64,000 nt of DNA, taken from an uncultured Pseudomonadota bacterium. Its GTDB lineage: Bacteria > Myxococcota_A > Polyangia > Fen-1088. The DNA lies in contig CAVZVU010000001.1 of assembly GCA_963778795.1 (NCBI GenBank), positions 1,452,776 through 1,516,775 of the forward strand. Direction: 5' to 3'. This document shows, piece by piece, positions 47,001 through 61,021 of this stretch (its first letter is position 1; each line of letters begins with the position of its first letter). The position numbers and the translations under genes were made by a program. The notes beneath the pieces are model-generated. The model searched no databases and was not told where the DNA came from. It was given only the letters and a program-made list of their open reading frames with translations.

Positions 47001-47191
47001 GGCCGCTCGGCATCTCGATCGTCGGCGGCCTGCTGGTGTCGCAGCTGCTGACGCTGTACACGACGCCGGTGATCTACCTGTACATGGAGCGGCTCGGCGC
47101 GCTGGATGAAGGGCATCGGCGCGCGGCGCGCCGCCCGCGGCCAGGCGATCGCCGGCGCGGGCGCGGCGCGGGTCAGCCGGAGACGCCGTGA
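44033..47191 (+). pseudogene. mdtB: RND multidrug efflux permease, MdtB-like (about 17 frame changes, 11 of them after 46085)
   Basis: Colinear with E. coli MdtB as I recall it: ..FIRRPIGTSLLMVG.., [84 protein letters not shown]. Its stop overlaps the mdtC GTG (GTGA). Confidence 0.9.
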
Positions 47192-50100
47192 ACATCTCCG
47201 CGCCGTTCATCCGGCGCCCGATCGCGACGTCGCTGCTGGCGGCGGCGCTGCTGCTGGCGGGGCTGGCCGCGTTCACCCAGCTGCCGGTCGCGCCGCTGCC
47301 GCGGTCGACTTTCCCGACCATCCAGGTGTCGGCGCGCGCTGCCGGGCGCCAGCCCGACGACCATGGCGTCGGCGGTGGCGACGCCGCTCGAGCGCCGCTT
47401 CGGCCGCATCGCCGGCCTGACCGAGATGACCTCGGCCAGCGCGCTCGGCTCGACGACGATCACGCTGCAGTTCGATCTCGACCGCGACGTCGACCGCGGC
47501 GGCGCGCGACGTCCAGGCGGCGATCAACGCCGCCGGCGGCGAGCTGCCGTCGAACCTGCCGACCCGCCCGAACTACCGCAAGGTCAACCCGGCCGACTCG
47601 CCGATCCTGATCCTGTCGCTGACCTCGGACACGCTGCCGCTGGCGCAGGTGTTCGACGCCGCGAACAGCATCCTCGCGCAGAAGATCTCGCAGCTGCGAC
47701 GGCGTCGGCCAGGTGTTCGTCGGCGGCGGGCAGCAGCCGGCGGTGCGCGTGCAGGTCGACGCGCAGCGCGCTGGCCGGCATGGGCCTCGGCCTCGAGGAC
47801 GTGCGCGCCGCGCTGGCGCGTCGACCGCCAACCAGCCCAAGGGCTCGATCGCCCAGCGACGGCGTCAGCTACGCGCTGTCGGCCAACGACCAGCTGTTGG
47901 GCGCCGACGCCTACCGCAGTCTGATCGATCGCGTACGCCGAACGGCGCCGGCGTGCGCCTGGGCGACGTCGCCAAGGTCTTCGACGACGTCGAGAACAAC
48001 CGGCTGGCCGCCTGGATCGACGGCAAGCGCGCCGTGCTGATGATCATCCGGCGCGCAGCCGGGCGCGAACATCCTCGAGACGATCGAGCGCATCAAGGCG
48101 GCGCTGCCGCGGCTGACCGCAGTCGATCTCGCCCGCGATCGAGCTCGAGATCGCGCTCGATCGCACCGAGACGATCCGCGCGTCGGTGCGCGACGTCGAG
48201 CTGACCCTGGTCCTGAGCGTGCTGCTGGTGACCGGCGTGGTCTTTCTGTTCCTGCGCAGCGCCGGGCGCGACCGCGATCCCGAGCGTCGCCGTGCCGCTG
48301 TCGCTGGTCGGCACGTTCGGCGTGATGTACCTGCTCGACTACAGCCTCGACAACCTGTCGCTGATGGCGCTGACGATCTCGACCGGGTTCGTCGTCGACG
48401 ACGCCATCGTCGTCACCGAGAACATCGCCCGCCACATCGAGGCCGGGCGCCGACCGCTCGCAGGCGGCGCTGCGAGGGCGCCAAGCAGATCGGCTTCACG
48501 ATCGTGTCGATCACGGCGTCGCTGATCGCGGTGTTCATCCCGATCCTGTTCATGGGCGGCATCGTCGGGCCGCCTGTTCCGCGAGTTCGCGGTGACGCTG
48601 GCGATCGCGATCGCGATCTCGGCGCTGGTGTCGCTGACGCTGACGCCGATGATGGCGGCGCGCCTGCTGCGACCGGCGGCCGCAGCCGACGAGCACGGAG
48701 GCGCTGCCCGCGCGAGCCGAGCGCGTCTTCGAGCGCGCTCGTGCGCGGCTACGAGCGCGCGCTCGGCTGGGTGCTCGACCACCCGCGCCTGATGCTGCTG
48801 GTGACGGCGGCGACGCTGGGGCTGACGATCTTGCTGGCGATCAAGATGCCGAAGGGGCTGTTCCCGCAGCAGGACACCGGTCTGCTGGCCGGCTTCACCG
48901 AGGCGTCGCAGGACATCTCGTCGTCGGCGATGCAGCGAGCGGCAGCAGCGCGCGTCAACGCCATCGTGCTGCGCCGACCCCGACGTGGCGCACGTGGTGT
49001 CGTTCGTCGGCAGCGCCAACGGCTCGACCGGGAACACCGGCACGGTCTTCGTCGCGCTCAAGCCCTACAGCCAGCGCAAGGCGACGGCCGACGAGATCGT
49101 CGGCGCGCCTGCGCCCCAAGCTGGCGCAGATCCCGGGCGTGACGCTGTTCCTGCAGGCGACGCAGGACCTGCGCGTCGGCGGCCGCGGCTCGCGCACCCA
49201 GTACCAGTACACGCTGGAGGACGCCGATCTCGACGAGCTGCAGCAGCTGGGCGCCGCGCATCTTCGACCGCCTGCGCACGCTGCCCGAGCTGCGCGACGT
49301 CGCCACCGATCAGCAGACCGCCGGGCTGCAAGTGTCGCGTCGTGGTCGACCGCGACAGCGCCGCGCGCCTGGGCGTCACCCCGCAGGCGATCGACGACAC
49401 CTGTACGACGCCTTCGGGCAGCGCCAGGTCGCGACCTCGTTCACCGCGACGAACTACTACCGCGTCGTGCTGGAGGCGACGCCCGCGATGCTGAGCGGGC
49501 CCGACCAGCTGTCGCAGATCTACGTGCGCAGCGCGCTCGGCGGCGTGGTGCCGCTGTCGGCGATCGCGCGCTTCGAGATCGGGCCGGCGCCGCTGTCGAT
49601 CACCCACCAGGGGCAGTTCCCGGCGATGACGATCTCGTTCAACCTGGCGCCCGACAAGTCGCTGGGCCAGGCGGTGCAGGCGATCCAGGCGGCGCTGCGC
49701 GCAGATCGGCATGCCGGCCAGCGTGCGCGCCGGCTTCAAGGGGACGGCGCAGGCGTTCACGCGCGTCGCTCGACAGCGAGCCGTGGCTGATCCTGATGGC
49801 GCTGCTGGTGGTCTACGTCGTGCTGGGGATCCTGTACGAGAGCCTGATCCACCCGCTGACGATCCTGTCGACGCTGCCGTCGGCGGCGCTGGGGGCGCTG
49901 GTCGCGCTGTGGCTGTTCAAGCTCGACTTCAGCATCATCGCCCTCATCGGCGTCGTGCTGCTGCTGGGCATCGTCAAGAAGAACGCCATCATGATGATCG
50001 ACTTCGCGCTCGAGGCCGAGCGCGCCGAGAACCTCGACCCCAAGGAGGCGATCCGCCGCGCCTGCCTGATGCGCTTCCGGCCGATCCTGATGACCACGCT

Positions 50101-50345
50101 GGCGGCGCTGTTCGGCGCGCGTGCCGCTGGCCGTCGGGCTCGGCGCCGGCTCGGAGCTGCGGCGGCCGCTGGGGGTCAGCATCGTCGGCGGGCTCTGCCT
50201 GTCGCAGCTGCTGAACCTGTTCACGACGCCGGTGATCTACCTGACGCTGGATCGCCTGCGGGGGCGGCGCGCCGGGCGGGTCGCCGAGCGCCGGCGCCGC
50301 CACCTGTCGGGGTCGAGTCTGTCACCCCAGGCGGGGTCGTCATAG
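47188..50345 (+). pseudogene. mdtC: RND multidrug efflux permease, MdtC-like (about 20 frame changes)
   Basis: [17 protein letters not shown].., [69 protein letters not shown] and [18 protein letters not shown] are found piecewise in all three frames. Confidence 0.9.
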
Positions 50346-50453
50346 CTCGGAACGATGGGCTGCGGCGGCGGAGCCGCCTTCGCCCTACGCGCTCGTAGCG
50401 TCGCCCGGCCGAGACGGTGGAATCGGGGCGGGGAAACCGAGTAGACTCCGCCC

Positions 50454-52012
<1,559 letters not shown>

Positions 52013-52022
<10 letters not shown>

Positions 52023-52738
52023 CCGCCCAGCTGGCGCTCGCGGTCGCGGGCGCGGTCGCGGGTCTCGCCGCGACGCCGTCCGCTCTCACCGCTGCGGGCG
52101 CTGCGGGCGCCGCGGGCGCCGCGACACCGGCCGCGCTCGAGGAGACGCGCGGCGCGGTCAGCGTCGACTGGGGCGAGGGGACGTTGACGGCGCGCGGGGG
52201 CGCGGCGGCCGATCTGCACATGCCGTCGGCGGATCTCGCGCGTCCGGGCGCCGAGCGGCGCGCGCGCGCGGCCGCGCTGGCGCGGCTCAAGCAGGCGCTG
52301 GCGGAGCTGCCGCTCGGGCGGAGGGCGCACGCTGACCGCCGACGACGTCGAGCGCGCGCTCTCGGGCACGCGCAGGTCGTCGACGTCGAGTATCAGTCGA
52401 ACGGCGGCGCCGTCGTTCGCATGCGGGTCCCCTTCGGTGACTGGCTGCCGGCCGAGCCGCCGGCGGGCCCCACGTTCAGCGTCGGTGAGACGCATCTGGC
52501 CGCCGCGCCCGAAATTCGGATCGGCGGCAAGGAGATCGTGACCGGCGCCGCGCGCTATCGGCTGGGGGCGCCGCCCGCCGGGGCGCACGCGGTCGCCATC
52601 CGGATCGATCACGACGGTCGCTGGCTCCCGCGCCAGAAGGGCGACAAGGTCGACAAGGTCGACAAGGTCGACAAGGATTTCACCGAGAAGCTCGCCGGGG
52701 CGGCCATCGTGATCTACGTTCAGAAGGTGCTGAAATGA
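52013..52738 (+). CDS. hypothetical exported protein with LPP20/FlgT-N-like segment
   Basis: Hydrophobic N-terminus. ..[33 protein letters not shown].. resembles the LPP20-type fold signature. 9-nt repeat (GACAAGGTC, about 3.9 copies) at 52643-52677 encodes [10 protein letters not shown]. There may be a compensated double frameshift at about 52318-52375. Start uncertain. The stop overlaps the next ATG (ATGA). Confidence 0.5.
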
Positions 52739-53914
52739 AAGGCGCCGGCAGTGTCTCTGTCTCCGCGGTCGTCTGCGTGACGATGGTCGTCGCGTGCGTC
52801 GTCGCGACGCTGGGCGCGCGCGCGGTGGCGTTCGCCGACGAGCCAGCGGCGGCGACGCAGCCGGGCGTGCGTCTGGTCAGCGGTCAGGCGGCGATCGTGG
52901 GCGGCAACACCGCGGGTGCGCGCGAGCGCGCGCTCGACGAGGCGATGCGCCAGGCGGTCGAGCAGGCGCTGTCCGAGCAGCTCGACGCGCAGACGCGCGC
53001 CGCGCAGGCGCGCGCCATCAAGACGCTGCAGGGGCGCGCGCGCAGCTACATCAAGCGCTATCGCACGGTCGACGAGAACGAGGCCAACGGCATCTACACG
53101 ATCCGCGTCGAGGCCGAGATCGACGACGCGGCCTTGCGGCGCGCCACCGAGCGCTGGACCTCCGGGTCGCCGCCGGCGGCTGGGACGCCGCCCGCGCGCC
53201 CCGCGGCTTCGATGATGGTGGTCGTGACCGGTCCGGCCGACGCCGCGACGGTGCTGCTGGCGGCGCTGGCGTCGAACGGCATTCGGGCGCAGCTGGGCGA
53301 TCCGTCGCTGAGCGAGCCGTCGCGCGCGATCCAGGCGGCCGGCCAAGAGCGCGCTGCCGATGGTGGCGTTCGTGTCGGCCACGGTCACCGACGAGGGGAT
53401 CGTGCGCGGCGCCGGGCAGGCGGCGGTGTCGTGCCAGCTCGGCGCCAAGGTGGTCTCCGTCCCCTCGGGGCAGTCGGTGGTCGAGGCGTCGGCGGCGCCG
53501 CGCGCCTTCGCCGAGCGCGCGGCCGCGGCGCGCGCCGATTGTCTCTCGCGCGCGGCGGCGCTCGTCGCGCCGCGCCTGTCGCCGAGCGGCGCCGGCCCGG
53601 TGGGCGGGGCCAGCGACCTGCGCGTGCTGGTGCTCGACGTCGACGTCGTCGAGCCGTCGGCGATCGCGGTCTTCCTGAAGTCGGTGCGCGGGCTCGGCAG
53701 CGTCTCGTCGGCGGAGATCCGGCGCATCGTCCTCGGTCGCGCCGAGATCCGCGTGCGCACGCGCCTGGCGGCCCCCGCGCTGGCGGCGGCGCTGTCGCGC
53801 GACAGCGCCGGCCCGGTCATCGTCTCGGACGTCGAGACCGCGGGCGATCTCGTGCGGCTGCGGGTTCGCCTGCGACCGGCGGCGTCGCCGCCTTTGCCGC
53901 TGGCCACGCCATGA
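52735..53914 (+). pseudogene. hypothetical exported three-domain protein, FlgT-like architecture (one frame change near 53345)
   Basis: Signal peptide. N domain GGNTAGARERALDEAMRQAVEQALSEQL..YIKRYRTVDENEANGIYTIRVEAEID is LPP20/FlgT_N-like. Two further alpha/beta-looking domains follow (MMVVVTGPADAAT.., LRVLVLDVDVVEPS..). The stop overlaps the next ATG (ATGA). Confidence 0.55.
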
Positions 53915-54264
53915 CCCAGGCGATGACCCAGGCGATGACCCACCCGATGCGACGTCTGCCGATGAACACCCGTCTCAGAACGCTCGGTCTGGTGGCGCTG
54001 CTGGCGATGGGCTGCGCGACCGCGATCCCGTACGGCGCGGTCGGCCTGCGCGTCGACAGCAACGTCCCCGACGCCACGGTCTGGGTCGACGACGTCCTGG
54101 TCGGCAACGTCGCCGACTGGGCCCGCGACGGCAAGCACATCCGCTCGGGCTTCCACCGCATCGAGATCCGACACGCCGGGTACTACTCGTTCTTCCAGGA
54201 GGTCGAGCTGCCGGAAGGCGCGCACACGATCGTCAACGCGAAGCTGCGCCCGACCGTCGACTGA
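53911..54264 (+). CDS. PEGA-domain lipoprotein
   Basis: Lipobox LVALLAMGC. PEGA-like LRVDSNVPDATVWVDDVLVGN..HRIEIRHAGYYSFFQEVELPEG. The N-terminus carries the 12-nt repeat ATGACCCAGGCG (MTQAMTQAMTHPM), so several in-frame ATGs exist. Confidence 0.75.
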   Translation: MTQAMTQAMTHPMRRLPMNTRLRTLGLVALLAMGCATAIPYGAVGLRVDSNVPDATVWVDDVLVGNVADWARDGKHIRSGFHRIEIRHAGYYSFFQEVELPEGAHTIVNAKLRPTVD

Positions 54265-54312
54265 CTCCCCGTCCTCGTCCTCGTCGCCGTCCTCGTGCGC
54301 GGCCCGCCCCGC

Positions 54313-55818
54313 TTACACCAGGACTTCGCAGAACTCGATCTGTCGCGGGACCTTGTACGGCGCCAGGTTGCGGGCGCAGTGGTCGATGATGTCCTCGACG
54401 CGGCAGACGCCGGCGCGCACGACGCGGGCGACGACCATGGGGCCGCCCAGATCGTCGGTGACGATGCGCGCCTGGGCCGCCTTCACCTTGGGGAAGGCCT
54501 CGAGGCAGCCCTCGACCTCGCCGAGCGCCAGCCGCTTGCCGTCGACCTTGACCAGGTCGTCCTCGCGCCCGCTGATCGTCAGCCGGCCCGAGCGGTCGAT
54601 GCGTCCCAGATCGCCGGTGCGATACCAGTTGTCGCCGTCGGCGCCACCGATCGGCACGCCGTCGGTTCGCTTGGGCAGGTGGATCTTCGGCACCGACAGC
54701 ATCGACAGGCCGTTCGAGCGAACCCAGATCGGCCCGTTCTCGCCCGCGGGGATCTTGTCGCCGCTGGCCGCCGCGACGCGCAGCTCGACCCCTTCGAACG
54801 GCTTGCCGACCGTCTCGGGGTCCTTGCCGCTGCGATCGATCGCCAGCGGGCCGGCCTGGGTGCTGTGGTAGCAGGAGAGCAGGCGGATCCCGAAGCGCTC
54901 CTGGAAGCTCTCGGCGATCGGCGCCGGCAGCATCGAGCCCGAGCTGAGGTAGCGCGCGTTGGCGATACGCAGCGGCTTGACCGTCGGCACGCGCACCAGG
55001 GAACCAAACAGGCCGGGGTTGCCGGGGAAGAAGTCGATGCTCTGCTCGCGCAGCAGCTTGGTGATCCGCTTGGGCGAGATCTCGTCCTCGAGGAACAGCG
55101 TGGTGCCGTGCGCCAGGTTGGCGAGCAGCCCGAAGTCGAAGCCGTAGCTGTGGTGCAGCGGAACGGTGCACAGCACGCGGTCGGTCGGCTTGATGTTCAG
55201 GGTCTTGCCGATCGCCGCCGCCGAGTCGGCCAGGTTCTCGGTCGACCGCACGACGCCCTTGGGGTCGCCGCCCACGGTGGCGGTGAACTGGACGACGGCC
55301 GCGTCGCTGCCCGCCAGCGCCGCCGCCGGGTTGCGCTTGTAGAGGCTGCAGGTCAGCAACGTCCCCTGCAGGCGCCGTCGGTTCTCGGGCACGAACTTGG
55401 ACGGCGGGCTCGGCCGAACGATTCCTGGCGGTCGGATCGCCACCGGGTTGGCGTAGAACGGCGGGCCGGACGCCGGCTGCCCGCCGCCTTCGCCGCCGCG
55501 CGGGCGGGTGATCAGCGCGCGCAGCGGCGCCGCCTCGAGCACCATCTCCAGCTCGCGGTTGCCGGTGGTCGGGTCGAGCGGAACGACCACGGCGTCGATC
55601 TTCGACAGCGCCAGCGCCAGGATCACGAAGTCCGGAACGTTGCCGAGCATGAGGCCGACCCACGACCCGGGTCCGATCCCCATCGCGTGCAGCTCCTGCG
55701 CGCGCCGGTCGACGCGGTGAAGCAGCCCACGCCACGACAGATAGGTGTCGCGATAGACGAGCGCTTTCCCGCTACCGCGTTCCGTCGAAACTCTCGAGAG
55801 CCAATCGTAAAGCTGCAT
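54313..55818 (-). CDS. AMP-dependent synthetase/ligase (acyl-CoA synthetase family)
   Basis: The 501-codon ORF is intact. Adenylation-family motifs ..GGDPKGVV.., YRTGDLG and GREDDLVKVDGKRL, with C-terminal PYKVPR. Confidence 0.88.
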   Translation of the reverse strand: MQLYDWLSRVSTERGSGKALVYRDTYLSWRGLLHRVDRRAQELHAMGIGPGSWVGLMLGNVPDFVILALALSKIDAVVVPLDPTTGNRELEMVLEAAPLRALITRPRGGEGGGQPASGPPFYANPVAIRPPGIVRPSPPSKFVPENRRRLQGTLLTCSLYKRNPAAALAGSDAAVVQFTATVGGDPKGVVRSTENLADSAAAIGKTLNIKPTDRVLCTVPLHHSYGFDFGLLANLAHGTTLFLEDEISPKRITKLLREQSIDFFPGNPGLFGSLVRVPTVKPLRIANARYLSSGSMLPAPIAESFQERFGIRLLSCYHSTQAGPLAIDRSGKDPETVGKPFEGVELRVAAASGDKIPAGENGPIWVRSNGLSMLSVPKIHLPKRTDGVPIGGADGDNWYRTGDLGRIDRSGRLTISGREDDLVKVDGKRLALGEVEGCLEAFPKVKAAQARIVTDDLGGPMVVARVVRAGVCRVEDIIDHCARNLAPYKVPRQIEFCEVLV

Positions 55819-56000
55819 GCTTTGCCGCCACTCGGCGCTGAGTCCGGAATCACCAGTCTATACGGCTCGTCTAGCTACGGGAACACTAAAGACCCACAAA
55901 TACCTACGATAGGGCAAGTAGCCGCGCAGGGCGTTGCGGCCGGGGATTGTCGTCCGAACTCGGTTCGCGCTTGGTCCGCACGCGTGGGCCGCGCACGGCG

Positions 56001-57258
56001 TCAGCGGGTCGCAAGCACGCGTGGCTGTTGATGATCGGCGGCTGGTATGCCGTGCGCTTCGCGGGTGGCCAGGTACTCGGCGACGATGCGCCTTGCCACG
56101 TAGGTCGCTTTGATGCGCCACTGCGGCTGGTTTCCCAGCGCGACCGCAAACGCGATGCTGGGGTGATCGACCGGGGCGTAGCCGATGAACCAGCTGTAGC
56201 CGAGGTAGCCCTTGTCGGTCTGCGCCGACAGCGTCCCGGTCTTGCCGGCGACGTCGACCGGCAGATAGCGGTGGCCGTGGCTGTCGTGGAAGGCCGCCTT
56301 GGCGGTCCCGATGCGCGTCGTCAGCTCCATCATGCGGCCCACCTCGCGCGCCGCGTCGAGGCCGACGACCCGGTGCGGTCCGGCGGCGGGCAGCAGCGCC
56401 GGCAGCTCGCGCCCCTGGGCGTCGAACGCACGCTCGATCAGCGTCGGTGACGGCATCTCGCCGTGGTTGGCGATCGCCGCCGCCAGCAGCGCGCCGTGCA
56501 TCGGCGACAGCGTCGAGTGCCAGAAGCCGGCCGCCGTGCGCGCGAACTCGAGCGCGTCGGCCGGCACGTCGAGGTGCGATGGCTCGACCGGCAGGTCGAA
56601 GGGGATCGTCTCCTCGAAGCCGAAGGCGTGGCCCACGCGGGTGAGCTGGGCGGCGGTGAGGTGCCGGCTCGCCAGCTTGGCGAGGATCGCGTTCTGCGAC
56701 TTGCCGAGGCCGTAGGCGAGCGTGTCGCAGCGACGGTCGATGATCGGCATGTCGACCAGGTTGTCGGGCAGGATCGACGAGACGCCGCCGTGATAGCAGG
56801 CGCGCGTCGCGCCCGACAGCCCGCCCTCCGTGACCAGCGCGGCGGCCGAGATCACCTTGAACACCGACGCGGCGGGCGCCCAGGCGCCGCAGCGCCAGCT
56901 CGCGCGCGCCCAGCCGCGGCTCGGCCGCCGATCGCCCGACCAGCGCCAGCACGCGGCCGTCGGGGATCGAGATCACCACCGCGCCGGCGTACGGGATCTG
57001 GAACGTGCGCAGCACCTCCTCGACCGGTTCCTGCAGCCGCGGATCGAGCGTCAGCTCGACGTGCCCGCCGTCCTCGCTGGCGACGACGTAGTGTCGACCG
57101 TCAGGACCGTCGCGCCTCATGGTTTCCAGCTGGAGCGTTGGCGGGTGGGCGTCGGCGACCGCGAGGCCGGGCGCGCTGAGCGCGAGGAGACCGACAACCA
57201 GAGCGCCGCGAGCCGGTGCGAAGGATCTAAGTAGATCAGAGCAAAAAGAGACCGTCAT
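56001..57258 (-). pseudogene. penicillin-binding protein, transpeptidase family (one frame change near 56875)
   Basis: Signal anchor. SxxK active site ASVFKVISAAAL, KTGT (VAGKTGTL) and FIGYAP. The N-terminal dimerisation-like region is in the frame of ORF 55858..57276. Confidence 0.85.
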
Positions 57259-57321
57259 GGTGCCACGGTCATACATGTAGGTGTAAGTGTCAAATTACCC
57301 ATTCTTTACGGATTTGATCGA

Positions 57322-58270
57322 ATGCCCTACGCTGAAACGCCTACCTTGGCGCGAACTCCACCCAGAGACCCGAACGACACCTCGGAGTCCGACCATGTTC
57401 GGGCGAAGACCGTCGTTACCAGCATCAGCCGCATCACCGACCGGCCGTCCGCGAAGGAGGCTTGCCTGGTGGTGATTTACGGCTCGGAGCTCGGGAAGAA
57501 GTACAACCTGAACTCGTCGTCGCTGGTGATTGGTCGCTCGTCGAAATGCGACATTCAGATCGACCAGGAGTCGATCTCGCGCAACCACTCGAAGATCGTG
57601 AACACCGGCAAGTCGATCCTGGTGCGCGACCTCGGGCTCGACCAACGGCACCTACGTCAATGACGAGCCGATCGACGAGTACGTGCTGCGCGACGGCGAT
57701 CTCATCAAGATCGGCCGCACGATCTTCAAGTTCCTGACCGGCGGCAACATCGAGAACGCCTATCACGAAGAGATCTACCGGCTGACGACGATCGACGGCC
57801 TGACGCAGATCTACAACAAGCGCTACTTCCTGGAGACGATCGAGCGCGAGATCGCGCGCTCGCAGCGCTATCGGCGCTCGCTGTCGCTGGTGATGTTCGA
57901 CATCGACCACTTCAAGAAGATCAACGACAGCTACGGTCACCTCGCGGGCGACTACGTGCTCAAGCACCTCGCGTCGACGGTGAAGACCAAGATCCGGCGC
58001 GAGGATTTATTCGCGCGCTACGGCGGCGAGGAGTTCGCGATCGTGCTTGCCCGAGATCGACGGCCCCAACAGCAAGGCGTTCGCCGAGAAGGTGCGCCAG
58101 CTGGTCGAGAAGCAGGACTTCCGTTCGAGAACACGCGCATCCAGGTCACCATCTCGATGGGCGTCGGCTCGATCGACGACGAGCACGCCGACGCGGCGAC
58201 GCTGATCAAGCAGGCCGACGAGTTCCTGTACGAAGCCAAGAGCGCCGGCCGCAACCGCGTCTGCGCGTAG
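57322..58270 (+). pseudogene. FHA-domain diguanylate cyclase (FHA + GGDEF; about 3 frame changes)
   Basis: FHA: [52 protein letters not shown]: [45 protein letters not shown]. Frame changes near 57635, 58045 and 58120. Confidence 0.9.
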
Positions 58271-58296
58271 GCTGCGGCGGCGCGTCCGCGGTCGAC

Positions 58297-58391
58297 GGGC
58301 CCCTCATCCTAACCTTCTCCCCGCAGACGGGGCGAAGGGACCGGAAGGCCACGAGCCCCCGCGGGGGGTCATAGGGACCCGGTGAGGGGCC

Positions 58392-58392
<1 letters not shown>
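58297..58392. terminator. compound hairpin between the convergent diguanylate cyclase and kinase genes
   Basis: Outer stem GGGCCCCTCA / TGAGGGGCCC. Inner stems CCTTCTCCCCG-CAGA-CGGGGCGAAGG and CCCCCGCGGGGG. The right arm abuts the kinase stop codon. Confidence 0.5.
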
Positions 58393-59967
<1,575 letters not shown>

Positions 59968-60113
59968 GAAGCGAAGCCGTTGCTTGAGAGTTTGCTGCCG
60001 GAACGTTTGCTGTCGGTGAGGCGGTCGATTCGTCTATCGACTTTCAGACACATCAAAGGGGTCGCAACAGAAAGCCGACCCTCCGAGTATCCCAACACAT
60101 CCCGGGACGGCGT

Positions 60114-61021
60114 TCAACAATCGGTCCATCGGCGGTTAGCCGAAAATAATGGAGCGCCGCTGGGCCAGCGCTCGGCGATCATCGCGTCGATGGTATGTCG
60201 TACCTGCTCCGCGGTGGCGGTGGTCACATCGTCGTCGGCGCGCCCTTCAGTGGCGGGGGGACAGTGAATGGGAGGACCGAAGCGGATCGTCCACTTCGTG
60301 GGTACGGGTAGGAGGCCGAGGGGGCCGAGCAGCGGAAAGGTGGGAGTGATCGGGATGTAGGGGATGCCCAGCGGCTCAGCGAGCGAGGTGATCTTGCCCA
60401 GCACCGGGTGGATCTCCTCGGCGCCGACGATGGCGACCGGGATGATCGGCACGTTCGCCTGGCGCGCCAGCCGCACGAAGCCACCGCGGCCGAAGCGGCT
60501 CAGCCGGTAGCGTTCGCGGTACATCTTGCCGACGCCTTTGAGCCCCTCGGGAAAAACGCCGACCAGGTTCCCGTCCCTCAGCAGCGGCATCGCCGTCTCG
60601 GTCGAGGCGCGGACGCCGCCGATGCGCGCGACGACGTTGGCCATCCAGGGCGAGCGAAAGGCGAAGTTGGCGACCAGCGTCCGCAGCCGGCGGTGGGCCG
60701 GGTGGTCGCGGAAGATGCCGTAGATCAGCATCGCGCCGTCGTAGGGGAGGCCGCCCGAATGGTTGGCGACCAGCAGCGCCGGGCCGGTGCCAGGGACGTT
60801 CTCGATGTCGATGGTGCGGACGCGAAAGTATTTGCCGTAGAGAAACTCGAGCACGTGGCGCGCGCGCGCTCGATGAACCCCAGGTCGTGTCCGCCGTCGG
60901 GCAGGCTCTGCGGGTCGACGCGCTCGTCGCCGTAGCCGGCGCGCATCGCCTCGACGATCGCGCCCAGGGCCGAGCGGATGTTTCCGTCGGACGGGCGGGT
61001 GATCGAAGTCGGGGCCGCCAT
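60114..61021 (-). pseudogene. lysophospholipid (1-acyl-sn-glycerol-3-phosphate) acyltransferase family protein (one frame change near 60865)
   Basis: LVANHSGGLPYD and VGVFPEGLKG blocks, then IPVAIVGAEE. The N-terminal ~50 codons (MAAPTSITRPSDG..) are in the frame of ORF 60725..62017. The ATG shares 1 nt with the upstream stop (TGATG). Confidence 0.78.

Noticed and set aside
44033-50345. Programmed ribosomal frameshifting or recoding as an explanation for the broken mdtB/mdtC (and other) genes
   Set aside because: There are far too many events, spread over many unrelated genes, with no slippery heptamer or stimulatory structure at the junctions I inspected. Indel errors fit better.
54313-55818. 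AMP-dependent ligase as a marker of an NRPS/PKS biosynthetic cluster
   Set aside because: It is a stand-alone adenylating enzyme. No carrier-protein, condensation, ketosynthase or thioesterase domains are nearby.
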